The notes beneath the pieces are model-generated. The model saw nothing but the letters and a program-made list of their open reading frames with translations. It searched no databases and was not told the DNA's origin. Source: a virus (taxonomy: Duplodnaviria; Caudoviricetes). Taken from it: a stretch of 54,713 nucleotides of DNA. The stretch lies in IMG/VR virus record IMGVR_UViG_3300030419_006746, positions 1 through 54,713 of that record; one strand, written 5' to 3'. How positions within the stretch are numbered: position 1 is the stretch's first letter; every line of letters starts with the position of its first letter. A program made the translations under genes and the position numbers. Positions 1-9,881 of the stretch are shown here, one piece after another.

Positions 1-2
1 GC

Positions 3-740
3 GGCGGTGTCGCCGGCGCCCTCAATCAGACTACTAGAAATATGTCTGGCTTTGGTGAAAGCGCCGGTCGTACTGTTAATCAAGTTAATAATGTCGGTAA
101 CGCAGCCAGAAATAGTGTCGGCGGCTTTAGGGCAATGAGCGGTGCAATGAGACTGGCCGCCGGCGCGGCAGGAGCCCTAGTTGGGGCATTGGGAAATGTT
201 GCAGCTGCTAAACTTAGAGCAGAAGGTAAAGAAGACGAAGCAAAGGTAGTGGGAGCTTTGTCTTCTGCGGCATCTGGCGCTGCAATGGGATTTGCTGCGG
301 GTGGCCCACTCGGCGCTGCCATCGGTGGTGGCCTCGGGCTCTTAACTGGATTGATGAGCTTTGAAAAAGGAACAGATAATCTTCCAAGATATGCAACTGG
401 CATTGATTCAATCAGTTCTAATGTGGCTATAGCAAGGTACGGCAAAGCAGTAATTACCGGTGATTCTAGTGATGGAAAAGCAAAACCAGAATTAACAGTT
501 GCACCACCAGCTAGCAGCGTTATAAATAATAAAAATCTAGAAACAATGTCTAATGTCATCAATAGCATTATAAATACAACTAACAATACAAACACTACTG
601 CAGATTTGGCTGCAGCTGATCGTAAACAAGTCATTAATGTGACTATGACTTTAGATGGTGAGGTGCTGGCGAAACATACACGCGAAATATCGCGTGATGT
701 GATGGAAACTTCACTCTCATTGGAAGGAAATATAGCTTAA
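3..740 (+). CDS. C-terminal part of a probable tail tape-measure protein (5' partial; the frame is open to the window edge)
   Basis: No stop upstream of ATG 42. Gly/Ala-rich helical segments (GAAIGGGLGLL) and FEKGT/YATG...PEL motifs typical of tape-measure C-termini. Lies directly upstream of baseplate-like genes. Confidence 0.6.
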   Translation, partial: GGVAGALNQTTRNMSGFGESAGRTVNQVNNVGNAARNSVGGFRAMSGAMRLAAGAAGALVGALGNVAAAKLRAEGKEDEAKVVGALSSAASGAAMGFAAGGPLGAAIGGGLGLLTGLMSFEKGTDNLPRYATGIDSISSNVAIARYGKAVITGDSSDGKAKPELTVAPPASSVINNKNLETMSNVINSIINTTNNTNTTADLAAADRKQVINVTMTLDGEVLAKHTREISRDVMETSLSLEGNIA

Positions 741-1546
741 TGGCTAATATAGTAACAGATTTTCAATCTTATTATAACAAACTTGAGCGTAGAGAGCGCG
801 GAGTTAGGACTACGGTTGGAATACAGGCATTGCATATCCCAAAGCAACCTACAATAGTGTTTGATACTATACATCTTGTGGCGCAACATAAGCTTGCTCC
901 TAAATGGTCGGAAGAGCAAGCTTATGGAAAAATGGACCCAATGGCGACATATTCTCATACAGGACGTTCAATAAAGTTTGATTTTACTGTTTTTGCAGAT
1001 AATGATGGAAGTTTAAGAAAGCTAACCAATGATGTTAATATGTTAGCTGAATTTAATTATCCATCATATGTAGCTGCAGGAGGTCGATCACCGACATTGC
1101 TGGCTCCTCCATTTTTTAGGATAAATCTGCTCGACGGAAAATATATCCCCCCAGCTGAAGGATATATTACCGATATTAGCATATCACCTGGATCATCCAA
1201 AGACATTACAACCGGTGGCGAACCAGGTGATGTTGTACGAGAAAGAATATTTCAAATTGAATTTAATTTCATCGTAATGCACGTTGTAAATCCCGGCTGG
1301 CACGGGGAAATATTTGAAGGGGCGGATCTAAATGGAGGATTTTTATATGTTACGGAAGAGATTTCCGGCGTCGAAGGTGTTGCTGCAAAATTATTTGGTA
1401 GCAAAACGGTCCAAGGTGTAAAGAAGCTTTTTAATGTTGGAGACGATCCCAATAAAAATATACAAAATGCAAAAAAAGACAAAACTAGAAAGAAGCGATC
1501 AAGCACAGATCCCACCAGTATACCATCAGGTTTAGAAACAAGGTAA
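740..1546 (+). CDS. Probable tail-tube initiator / baseplate tube-like protein
   Basis: W..EQAYGKMDP..TYS.T.RSI.FDF and PP..RI.L...GYITDISI pattern typical of tube-fold baseplate proteins. Sits between the tape measure and the LysM/gp53-like gene. Confidence 0.55.
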   Translation: MANIVTDFQSYYNKLERRERGVRTTVGIQALHIPKQPTIVFDTIHLVAQHKLAPKWSEEQAYGKMDPMATYSHTGRSIKFDFTVFADNDGSLRKLTNDVNMLAEFNYPSYVAAGGRSPTLLAPPFFRINLLDGKYIPPAEGYITDISISPGSSKDITTGGEPGDVVRERIFQIEFNFIVMHVVNPGWHGEIFEGADLNGGFLYVTEEISGVEGVAAKLFGSKTVQGVKKLFNVGDDPNKNIQNAKKDKTRKKRSSTDPTSIPSGLETR

Positions 1547-1552
1547 TGATCA

Positions 1553-1894
1553 ATGGCTATTAGTAGATATAAAAATATAAATTTAATATTAAACGATAAT
1601 TCAAGATATAGTGATATGTTTTTACGCCGAGGTATTGATCAAATAGTTCACTACTCTTTTGATAGATTCAAAGAGATAAAATTAAAAGATGTGCCTGGAT
1701 TAGGCTATATTACACACATATGGACTTCTTCTGATAGATTTTTCAAACTGGCATACGAACATTATGGAGATTCTGAATATTGGTGGGTAATAGCCTATTT
1801 TAACGCTACACCTCTCGAAACTGATGTTAAAGTAGGCGATAGTTTATTGATTCCGACGCCGTTAGAGGTTCTATTATCAGCAATGGATATATAA
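1553..1894 (+). CDS. Baseplate wedge protein, LysM / T4 gp53-like
   Basis: MAISRY start, DRFFKLAYEHYGDSEYWWVIAYFN and G..L.IP motifs. Confidence 0.75.
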   Translation: MAISRYKNINLILNDNSRYSDMFLRRGIDQIVHYSFDRFKEIKLKDVPGLGYITHIWTSSDRFFKLAYEHYGDSEYWWVIAYFNATPLETDVKVGDSLLIPTPLEVLLSAMDI

Positions 1895-1895
1895 T

Positions 1896-4886
1896 ATGGC
1901 GAAAGTAAAACCATCAGATAAGCCAGCAGCCGCAGCTGCGAACTCCGACAAGAACAACAAATCCGCTTCTGGTGTAAAAGAAGATGGTACAAATCTAATT
2001 GGCTTTAATCAACAAACATTTTTGTTGGATCTTATGGGCTACGATCCTGAAAAGCTAGGTGTGATATTTAAAGATAAAAGTGCGCCGGCGGGTTCGCCGG
2101 CGACCACCTGGAAAGGTATCGGCAAGCCCCAGATTGTAAAAGCTTCTGACGACTTCACTAACGTTACGGGCGATAATTATGCTAAATTTCAAGAATTCTT
2201 AACCGGGTTGACACCTCGCGAATATGCTCAAATAATTCCAACCTTCAAAATACAAGTTGTTGATGCTCGAACTGGTATGGTAATTGGCGACTTTCCATTA
2301 ACCGAGCCATCAAATATTGCTAAAGGTAACAGTATGTCACTAAAAACTGGGCATTATTATTCTGGCAATGCAGTGGGCTTAAAAAGCCTTGATATGGAGA
2401 TTGACGGACAAACTAACCCCCTAACTGGGAGAATTTATAATATCACTATACAATTGCTATTTGACTCAATTAATACGTTTTTAGGACAAATTCCGGGCAC
2501 CAAACATAGCTATTCTGACGTTTTGCGCGCAGTGGGACCAGCTAGCGGCGGGCATACTAGTAATGGCAAAGCTTATTTACGATTAACGATTGCATATTCA
2601 ACAAGTAATAAAGATATACAAACAAAATACAATATGCAACTAGGCTCGCCATTATATAGTTTTACTTCTTACTTGAATTTTATAAAAAGCGATTTAGAAA
2701 TAGATGAAAATCTAAAAACCACAGTAAAAGCTAAATTTATGGCTCACGAAGAGTCGTTGATCTCAAATAATGAAATATTTAATTGGCTACTTCACGACGG
2801 CTACGCTAAACCAGAGCGGGAAGCCATACAAAAAGAACTCAAAGACGCAGAAGAAAAGCTTGCTGGCAAAATTAAAGAGCAAAAAGCAAAGTTAAAGAAG
2901 GCCCGCGCGCGACGAGCACGCAGTATATTTGCCGGTACGCCGCCGGTCGGCACAATGGAGCGAACCTTAAAAAATGAGATGAAGCGAAGGGCACATAAAG
3001 CCGGCCTAGGCCCCGCCAGAGGTGGCTGGGATGCCGTACCAGATCATAAGGTGAGAAATTGGAAAAAAGGCCTTGGCCCCGAAGCGCACGATAAGCTTTT
3101 TGGACGCGGCGCCAAAACAGGCGCAGTTCAGCAATATGATAAAGAATATTTAGAATATGTAAAAGGAAATCGAAAGGAACCACCCCACCTTGACCTCAGA
3201 GCTTTAGGAATTACAGATGGAAAAGTTATAAGTGATTACGAAAGGGCTCGAAAAAAGCTAGAGATGAATGTTATAAAAGATAGTAGCGAAATCAATGAAG
3301 AAATAAAAAGACTCCAAGATGAATACAAAACACTTCGACAAACCAAACTAGCTTCATTAAATAACATTCGAATAAATTTTATTGGGGATATAATAGAAGA
3401 AGAGATATTTGGCAGGGAAGATTATATTTACACTGTACAAGTGGATTCTATTGAATTACAGGAATATCTAGACAGCATAAGATCAGACAAGGTTAAAGAT
3501 TATTTTGAACGTAAAGATTCACCCGCTGCGAGGGGGGCGAAGCGCGCTCCGAAGCGTAGGAAGTCGATGGCATTGTGGGGTCTTGAACGGAATGCCGATA
3601 AAGCTAAGATAAATTATATTAAAATTAGGCTTGACGTTGTACGAAAGCAGATAAGAGACTACGAAGCAGTGCTAGATAAAAAAAGATTAGCTGCTAAACG
3701 AGATCGTACCAAAAGAGGGCACACAAAAAGAGTTTACGTAGATCAACCTCCATTTGGCCCTCTGCTCAAAGATCTTCGCCAGCAAGAAAAAAAACTACAG
3801 GAAGAACTAAAATCAGTTAGTAAAAATTTATTTGTTGGACAAACAGCCGAACAACTAGAGAAAAGATTACAAGAGTTTAAGATTATTAAATTTATGCGTT
3901 TAGGGGATTTGCTGAATTTTGTTTTAGTCAGAGTGAATCACCTGAACCGGGATGGCAAGTTCGGGGACAATCTTGACGTTAAAAGAACTGTCTTAATTAT
4001 GGGTGATATAATACTAGAAAACATATTGACAAAAGGTCAAACCGAAAGATTTAATTTGGCAGATATACCTATTTCTATTGATGTTTTACGTAAAATGTTT
4101 TCTGACAGGCTAGTTGGAACTATGAAGACAACGTTCACTGTTTTAGAATTGCTAAATGAGGTGGTTAATATATTAAGACTATCGCAGAAAAGAAAATCAG
4201 TATTATTGGGTAAGGCTTCATTTCAAAATAATTTTACTGCTCAATATTACACTTATCCAGTGAATTACGAAGCCTCAAGAATATTGCGTAATTCTATAGA
4301 CGGCAAAGGAGCGAATATAGACAACTGGGATAAAAGAAACGGTGTTTATATATTTGCCAGAGACGATAAAAAGCAAAATTTAGCTAATTTAGGTGGTAAC
4401 TTTATTTCAAATATGCGAAAGAATGTTCCGCACTTTTTCTTTGGAGGCGCCAGCAAAGGCGCACAAAAGAAAATAAAAATAACTGAACACAGCAATACCG
4501 CACTAAAAAAAGCTGCTTTTGAAATGAATCAGGGGGCAATTGCTCAAGGAACAGCTAATGGGCATATTCCAATATTTTTCACTGTCGAGCTTACACTAGT
4601 TGGATGTCCGTGGTTTCAGATAGGAAGTTATTTTTATTTGGAATCTCCAACAATCGACAAATCGAACAGTAAAAGCTGGTTTTTTCTTGATGGATACTAC
4701 ACAACATATAAACTTTCTCACACTTACAAGGCTGGTGGCTCATATGAAACACGTGTTATCGGTAAGCTACAATTATCAAAACAACAAATTGATGGCACGC
4801 GGGGCTCCCCAAAAGAAAAAGCCAACTCTCTTTCGACAACCAAGCAAAAAGCAAAAAAGCATAAACGGGGCTTGAAAGGACCATGA
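1896..4886 (+). CDS. Large probable baseplate hub protein with a long charged/coiled-coil insertion
   Basis: The C-terminal VELTLVGCPWFQIGSYFYL...GYY...KLSHTY...YETRV pattern resembles hub / late-control-D C-termini. Follows the LysM wedge gene. Confidence 0.5.
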   Translation: MAKVKPSDKPAAAAANSDKNNKSASGVKEDGTNLIGFNQQTFLLDLMGYDPEKLGVIFKDKSAPAGSPATTWKGIGKPQIVKASDDFTNVTGDNYAKFQEFLTGLTPREYAQIIPTFKIQVVDARTGMVIGDFPLTEPSNIAKGNSMSLKTGHYYSGNAVGLKSLDMEIDGQTNPLTGRIYNITIQLLFDSINTFLGQIPGTKHSYSDVLRAVGPASGGHTSNGKAYLRLTIAYSTSNKDIQTKYNMQLGSPLYSFTSYLNFIKSDLEIDENLKTTVKAKFMAHEESLISNNEIFNWLLHDGYAKPEREAIQKELKDAEEKLAGKIKEQKAKLKKARARRARSIFAGTPPVGTMERTLKNEMKRRAHKAGLGPARGGWDAVPDHKVRNWKKGLGPEAHDKLFGRGAKTGAVQQYDKEYLEYVKGNRKEPPHLDLRALGITDGKVISDYERARKKLEMNVIKDSSEINEEIKRLQDEYKTLRQTKLASLNNIRINFIGDIIEEEIFGREDYIYTVQVDSIELQEYLDSIRSDKVKDYFERKDSPAARGAKRAPKRRKSMALWGLERNADKAKINYIKIRLDVVRKQIRDYEAVLDKKRLAAKRDRTKRGHTKRVYVDQPPFGPLLKDLRQQEKKLQEELKSVSKNLFVGQTAEQLEKRLQEFKIIKFMRLGDLLNFVLVRVNHLNRDGKFGDNLDVKRTVLIMGDIILENILTKGQTERFNLADIPISIDVLRKMFSDRLVGTMKTTFTVLELLNEVVNILRLSQKRKSVLLGKASFQNNFTAQYYTYPVNYEASRILRNSIDGKGANIDNWDKRNGVYIFARDDKKQNLANLGGNFISNMRKNVPHFFFGGASKGAQKKIKITEHSNTALKKAAFEMNQGAIAQGTANGHIPIFFTVELTLVGCPWFQIGSYFYLESPTIDKSNSKSWFFLDGYYTTYKLSHTYKAGGSYETRVIGKLQLSKQQIDGTRGSPKEKANSLSTTKQKAKKHKRGLKGP

Positions 4887-6139
4887 GTAGATTAATTACA
4901 GTTGAGCCTTTTGGTAAAAATGATTTACCATCGGACTATCTCTTTGTTCAGAGAAAATATTTCAAAACGTCACCATTGATTTACCCAGAAAGTGCGCCAA
5001 AACCTATTGATATTTGGTATGAACGGCCATTATTTGGAAAAGTGGATACAATGGGTCGACCTGTATATCCTGATTCAGACTTATTAAAGCCAATAAGAAA
5101 CAATTTATTTGCGATTAATTTTGTTGCAGATGCTTATAATGATTTTGCAAACGCCGCCGACGAAGCTGTTAAAAGTTTAAGAACGTGTATGTCCTCCATT
5201 TTGGATGTTACAAATCCAGTCAAAGCTTGGACTGATATAACTACTGAATATCATCAATATGTCACAAATGTAATCGATTCTGTTTTTCTTGATTATCTTT
5301 TAGATCCATCGGATAACAAAATCAATGATGTTCACACATTTGATGATTTTATGACTCAATTTTTATCTTTTGCTGTTGATAGACCACAGTTTTTATATAC
5401 CAAAACAGCGTATTTGATGTCTGCTGCCACAAGTAATTCTTGTAGTGGTTTAATAATAGAATTTTCAACTGATGGTTATGATGACGATAACCTTAAATGG
5501 ACAAAATATCTTTCTAATGTTTTTTTTGCTGATTATGCTAAATTAGCGGCATCATATGGTTTTTATGTTCATAAGTACATTCCTTGGTCTATTGTTGCAA
5601 ATTTAAATTCCAAAATTATGAAAAGATATATAGAACCTTATAATCTCACTGACAGAGAGGAAATATTTGCTACAAATTATTATCAATCAGAGTACTTAAG
5701 CTTTGAGGCTTTTAAAAGTTATTTATACGGTACTTACGTTACTGCTGTGACTGCGCGTCCTTATATTGACACCATTAAAACATCTAATTGTATGAGCCTC
5801 AGTACCGTGAATTCACAATACAGCACTAAAGTAATAAGAAAGCAGAGAAGACTGGAAAAAGAGTTTTTTGATATAATCGATAACAACTATGTGCCTTCGT
5901 ATGAAAAATTTTCAGAATTATACTCGGATGCTTATTTTATTAAAAAATACACTCACATAAGACTTTTTGAAGTGGAAATATTTCGAAATAGAGACAAAGC
6001 CATATATGATAAAATAACAGCCAAGGTGATTCGCGAGTACAATAGAAAAGGTGCTTTTTCCGCCACAATACTTCTTTCTGAATTAATTCTGAAGCATAAA
6101 AAATACTTGACTCCTTTAAAAGAAAATAATAATATATAG
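4883..6139 (+). CDS. Hypothetical protein (418 aa)
   Basis: Long ORF coupled by ATGA overlap to the upstream gene. No recognised motif. Confidence 0.7.
   Translation: MSRLITVEPFGKNDLPSDYLFVQRKYFKTSPLIYPESAPKPIDIWYERPLFGKVDTMGRPVYPDSDLLKPIRNNLFAINFVADAYNDFANAADEAVKSLRTCMSSILDVTNPVKAWTDITTEYHQYVTNVIDSVFLDYLLDPSDNKINDVHTFDDFMTQFLSFAVDRPQFLYTKTAYLMSAATSNSCSGLIIEFSTDGYDDDNLKWTKYLSNVFFADYAKLAASYGFYVHKYIPWSIVANLNSKIMKRYIEPYNLTDREEIFATNYYQSEYLSFEAFKSYLYGTYVTAVTARPYIDTIKTSNCMSLSTVNSQYSTKVIRKQRRLEKEFFDIIDNNYVPSYEKFSELYSDAYFIKKYTHIRLFEVEIFRNRDKAIYDKITAKVIREYNRKGAFSATILLSELILKHKKYLTPLKENNNI
6107..6135 (+). promoter_or_regulatory. Sigma70-like promoter of the polA-like gene (near-leaderless)
   Basis: TTGACT-N17-TAATAT, with 7 nt before the ATG and no SD. 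Confidence 0.55.
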
Positions 6140-6142
6140 CTC

Positions 6143-7327
6143 ATGTTATTTCAAATATTTGACGATAAAGCCAAATGTGCGTTAATTTACGTAAATGGAA
6201 AGTTTAGCGACGGACTCACGCCTTCTTGCGTACAAACTTGGGCATATATGCCTTATATGAAAGAAAAGAACGATATTGAATATGCTCAACTATATGCCTT
6301 GGGCAAAACGATTGATAATCTTTGTTCGGATACTTTAAAAGCAAAGTGGGAGAAAGCACAAACACGAGCCAAAGCAATATTGAAGGCATCTCACGAAGTT
6401 GGATTAAATTTGAATAATCATTGCGTATATGATTTACTTCCTCGTCATATTCTTATAGAGATAGCTAACATCAAAAATGAAATCTGTAGAAACGTCTTTA
6501 AAAATTATAAAAAGCCTGTCAATTATGATCATTTACTGAAGATTAATAAGATGATATCAGATATCAAAACGCAAAAATTAAATTTAGATCTTTCTACAAT
6601 AGTCAGAATAACCATACAGGATAAAAACACTTATAAGCTTATATCAGAAAGTCAGCCTTATATAGATTATGATATGTTTAAAACTGTTACAGGACGCTTA
6701 AGCACAAAGAAAGGCTCATTTCCTATAATGACTTTGGCAAAGAAATATCGCAGAATACTGTTACCAAACAACAATTGGTTATTTGAAATGGATTTTAATG
6801 CTTGCGAACTAAGAACAGCATTGGCTCTTTTGGGCCATAGGCAGCCAGAAGAAGATTTACACGATTGGAATCTTAAACACGTATTTAAAAGGGCAAAATC
6901 ACGCGATAATGCTAAAAAACGCATCTTCTCTTGGCTTTATAACCCAAATAGCAAGGATGAAGCCATTAGTAAGGTTTACGACCGAGAAAAACTCAAAAGT
7001 TTGTATTTTAAGGATAATAAAGTTATAACTCCATTTGGACGAGAAATAGAGTGTGATGAGGGTCACGCCATAAGTTATTTAGTTCAGTCTACAGCTGCAG
7101 ATATGGTTTTTGAGCAAATGTATAAAGTCTGGGAGTTTCTTAAAGATAAGAAAAGCTTTATTAAATTCTGTAATCACGATAGCGTTATGATTGATTTACA
7201 TACGGAACAAGAATATGAATTTAATGAGATTAAAGAACTATTTAGTAATACAAGATTTGGAAAGTTCAAGGTAAATTGTCTTGGTGGTAAAAATTGGGCA
7301 GAAATGAAAGACTTGTATATCAAATAG
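6143..7327 (+). CDS. polA: Minimal family A DNA polymerase (polymerase domain only)
   Basis: TVTGRLST; motif A EMDFNACELR; motif B RDNAKKRIFSWLY; YLVQSTAAD; motif C NHDSV. Only 394 aa, with no recognisable exonuclease motifs. Confidence 0.8.
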   Translation: MLFQIFDDKAKCALIYVNGKFSDGLTPSCVQTWAYMPYMKEKNDIEYAQLYALGKTIDNLCSDTLKAKWEKAQTRAKAILKASHEVGLNLNNHCVYDLLPRHILIEIANIKNEICRNVFKNYKKPVNYDHLLKINKMISDIKTQKLNLDLSTIVRITIQDKNTYKLISESQPYIDYDMFKTVTGRLSTKKGSFPIMTLAKKYRRILLPNNNWLFEMDFNACELRTALALLGHRQPEEDLHDWNLKHVFKRAKSRDNAKKRIFSWLYNPNSKDEAISKVYDREKLKSLYFKDNKVITPFGREIECDEGHAISYLVQSTAADMVFEQMYKVWEFLKDKKSFIKFCNHDSVMIDLHTEQEYEFNEIKELFSNTRFGKFKVNCLGGKNWAEMKDLYIK

Positions 7328-7337
7328 GGCAACAAAC

Positions 7338-7568
7338 ATGAAAATTACTAAACAATATTTAAAAGATTTGATCAAAGAAGAGATAAGTAATATCGAACAC
7401 GATAGTGTTCTTAACGAGGAAGCGCTTGATTTAGCAAAATTAGATCCTTCTGTGGAAAAAGCAGCAAGAGACGTCGAAGCTATGGCTAAAGCTATTTCAC
7501 CAAAAGAAGAAATACAGCAAATGGTTATTACGGCGGTGATTGTGAAATTAAACGAATTGATCAAATAA
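7338..7568 (+). CDS. Small protein with MKITKQYLKDLIKEE leader (candidate internal head protein)
   Basis: Its N-terminus resembles that of 12738..13916. Contains an LNEE motif. Confidence 0.55.
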   Translation: MKITKQYLKDLIKEEISNIEHDSVLNEEALDLAKLDPSVEKAARDVEAMAKAISPKEEIQQMVITAVIVKLNELIK

Positions 7569-7584
7569 ACACAAAGAGGAATAA

Positions 7585-8433
7585 ATGCAAACCGTAATAG
7601 GTTTAGGTCAGGCAGGGTGTAATATCGCTGACCAATTAAAACAATACCCACAATATAAAATAATTAAATTGGACGAAGGACTAAAAAAGGCCAAGAATTC
7701 TTTTGGTCTGAAGCATCAGACATCACCAGAACTGTATGAAGAAAACTTACCGAGAGGTATAGTAAAATATTTACAAGAGGGGGTGATGCCTGAAACATTA
7801 TTTATCACCAGTTGTGGTATGGTGTCTGGCGCTTCCCTTTCTATTCTATCTAAAATTAAAGATCACACCAACATCACAGTAATGTATGTTATTCCCCAAC
7901 AAGCCGAATTAGTTGGAGACAAAAAACTCCAAAACAACTTACTTTTCAATGTATTCCAACAATATGCTCGTTCAAGCTTGTTTAAACGAGTTTATTTGCT
8001 TGACAATCAAAAAATCTCTGATATAATGGGACCAGTTCCAATAATGAAACGTTGGGAAACGATGAATAGTTTGATTGCTTCAACATATCACATGATTAAT
8101 GTATTTGAGCACACGCAGCCAGTTTTAACTACGACTACTAATCGTATTAACACTGCGCGTGTAAGCACGATTGGCCTTATGGATAGTGAAAACAATCAAG
8201 AAAAAATGTTTTTTGAGCTTGACATTCCAAGAGAAAAAAATTACTATTATGGTGTTCCAAAAAAACAACTAGAAGAAGATGAAAATTTGATGGAGGTGAT
8301 ACAAGCTAACTTAAAAGCACATATTGAACATGATAGAATGAAAACAACTTATTCGGTTTATTCAACCGATTATGATAAGCTAATTGCTTATTGCGAAAAA
8401 AGCAGCACTTTAATACAAAAATTAGCGTCTTAA
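7585..8433 (+). CDS. Divergent tubulin/FtsZ-like protein
   Basis: N-terminal VIGLGQAGCNIA (tubulin/FtsZ T1 loop) and YLLDNQK. The GGGTG(S/T)G signature is degenerate (SCGMVSGAS). Confidence 0.65.
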   Translation: MQTVIGLGQAGCNIADQLKQYPQYKIIKLDEGLKKAKNSFGLKHQTSPELYEENLPRGIVKYLQEGVMPETLFITSCGMVSGASLSILSKIKDHTNITVMYVIPQQAELVGDKKLQNNLLFNVFQQYARSSLFKRVYLLDNQKISDIMGPVPIMKRWETMNSLIASTYHMINVFEHTQPVLTTTTNRINTARVSTIGLMDSENNQEKMFFELDIPREKNYYYGVPKKQLEEDENLMEVIQANLKAHIEHDRMKTTYSVYSTDYDKLIAYCEKSSTLIQKLAS

Positions 8434-8473
8434 AAGACCATTAAGACGACTTTAACCAAAGGAGAAAATTAAT

Positions 8474-9211
8474 ATGGCTATTGATATGGAAAAAATGCGT
8501 GCTCGTCACGAGGCTCTTAAGAATAACGGCAAAAAGGGAAACAATAATTTTTGGAAGCCGCAAGAGGGAGAGCAAACTGTTCGTCTAGTTTGCCCTGCTG
8601 ACGGCGAGCCTTTTAAGGATTACTGGTTCCACTATATCGATGGAAATCCAGGCTTCCTTTCACCAAAACGTAATTTTGGAGAGAACTGTCCATTGGATAG
8701 TTATGTCCGTGCTCTTTGGAAAGAAGGGTCTGAAGAGTCCAAGCGTATGGCCAAGAAGATCGGCGCAAAGCAGCGTTTCTTTGCTCCTGTCGTGGTTCGT
8801 GGCGAAGAAGATCAAGGTGTAAAGGTCTGGGGCTTCGGCAAGCGTGCTTACGAGACTCTAGTTGGCCTTGTGATGAACCCGGAATACGGAGATATCACAG
8901 ATCCAGAGACTGGTACCGACTTGGTCGTTACTTATACCAAGCCAGCTGGAGCTTCTTTTCCAGAGACGAAGATTACTCCTCGCCGCCGTTCCTCTACTCT
9001 TCTTGAGGACAACTCTGCGGCTGCAGAGCTGCTGGAGGGAATTCCGGATTTCGATGAGCTTTTCGCTGCTTCACGCAAGACAGTGAATGAGGTTCAAGAC
9101 ATCTTGGACAATTTCCTAAACTCTGATAATTCAGATAGCGGAGCAGAGGTTACGTCAATGCCTTCTTCTGATAATCAGGTCGATAAGGCTTTTTCCGAGC
9201 TATTGGGTTAA
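8474..9211 (+). CDS. Single-stranded DNA-binding protein, T4 gp32-like
   Basis: FWKP..GEQTVRL, VKVWGFGK and YGDITDP..GTDL motifs, acidic C-terminal tail, strong SD (AAGGAG), near recA. Confidence 0.75.
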   Translation: MAIDMEKMRARHEALKNNGKKGNNNFWKPQEGEQTVRLVCPADGEPFKDYWFHYIDGNPGFLSPKRNFGENCPLDSYVRALWKEGSEESKRMAKKIGAKQRFFAPVVVRGEEDQGVKVWGFGKRAYETLVGLVMNPEYGDITDPETGTDLVVTYTKPAGASFPETKITPRRRSSTLLEDNSAAAELLEGIPDFDELFAASRKTVNEVQDILDNFLNSDNSDSGAEVTSMPSSDNQVDKAFSELLG

Positions 9212-9216
9212 TCTCC

Positions 9217-9250
9217 AAACCGCAGGGGGGCACGGGTTTACAGGTGTCCC
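9217..9250 (+). other. GC-rich intergenic RNA structure, possible H-type pseudoknot
   Basis: AAACC 9217-21 pairs with GGTTT 9235-39, and GGGGCAC 9227-33 pairs with GTGTCCC 9244-50. Confidence 0.4.
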
Positions 9251-9278
9251 AAATCTAACCAAAAAGGAGATAATTTAG

Positions 9279-9563
9279 GTGCTAGTTAAAGCTGTTGAAT
9301 GCGGAGAGTGTAAAAGTATAGTCTATTCTAGAACAAAAGACGATGTAAGACAGTGTTCGTGTGGAAGAGTAATTGTTTCAGGAGGTTTGCAGCATTTCAA
9401 TTATGAAGCATTACACGGCACATTGCACGAAGTAAGAAAAATAGAAGTTAGAACAACACCTGATATGCTTTATGATGACTGGTATGAATCTACAGATGTT
9501 TTTGGTCTAATCTGTCCTGAAACATCTGATGATGTATCAACAAGTTCAGTATATATTGCTTAA
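9279..9563 (+). CDS. Zinc-ribbon protein
   Basis: CGEC...CSCG...GG motif, SD AAGGAG, GTG start. Confidence 0.65.
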   Translation: MLVKAVECGECKSIVYSRTKDDVRQCSCGRVIVSGGLQHFNYEALHGTLHEVRKIEVRTTPDMLYDDWYESTDVFGLICPETSDDVSTSSVYIA

Positions 9564-9580
9564 ATCAAAAGGAGAAGATA

Positions 9581-9880
9581 GTGAGCGTAAAGGTATACAA
9601 AAGGGGCGAAGAGAGCTTTTTAAAGAACATTAAGAAAGTGGCCAAGCGTTTTAAGGGAAAGGGCGGTGGCCCAGATAGCGAGACCGCTGTTAATGCACAC
9701 AAACAAGACATTCAAGATGGATGGGTTTGGTTTTGGTCCGATAATAGTGATATTACGAATCTTATTACTAGAAGTTCAAAATACATTCTTGAACTTAATG
9801 ATCACGGAGAAACAGTGGGAATGAAAATTGATAAAAAGGGCTTCCGCAGCTGTTATCACGCATTTAAAGTAGGTAAATAA
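9581..9880 (+). CDS. Hypothetical protein
   Basis: SD AAGGAG, GTG start, fills the gap before recA. Confidence 0.65.
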   Translation: MSVKVYKRGEESFLKNIKKVAKRFKGKGGGPDSETAVNAHKQDIQDGWVWFWSDNSDITNLITRSSKYILELNDHGETVGMKIDKKGFRSCYHAFKVGK

Positions 9881-9881
9881 T

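Noticed and set aside
7585-8433. Evidence for a nucleus-forming (chimallin) phage
   Set aside because: A tubulin-like gene alone is insufficient; no chimallin or phage multisubunit RNAP is recognisable, and the promoters are host sigma70 type.
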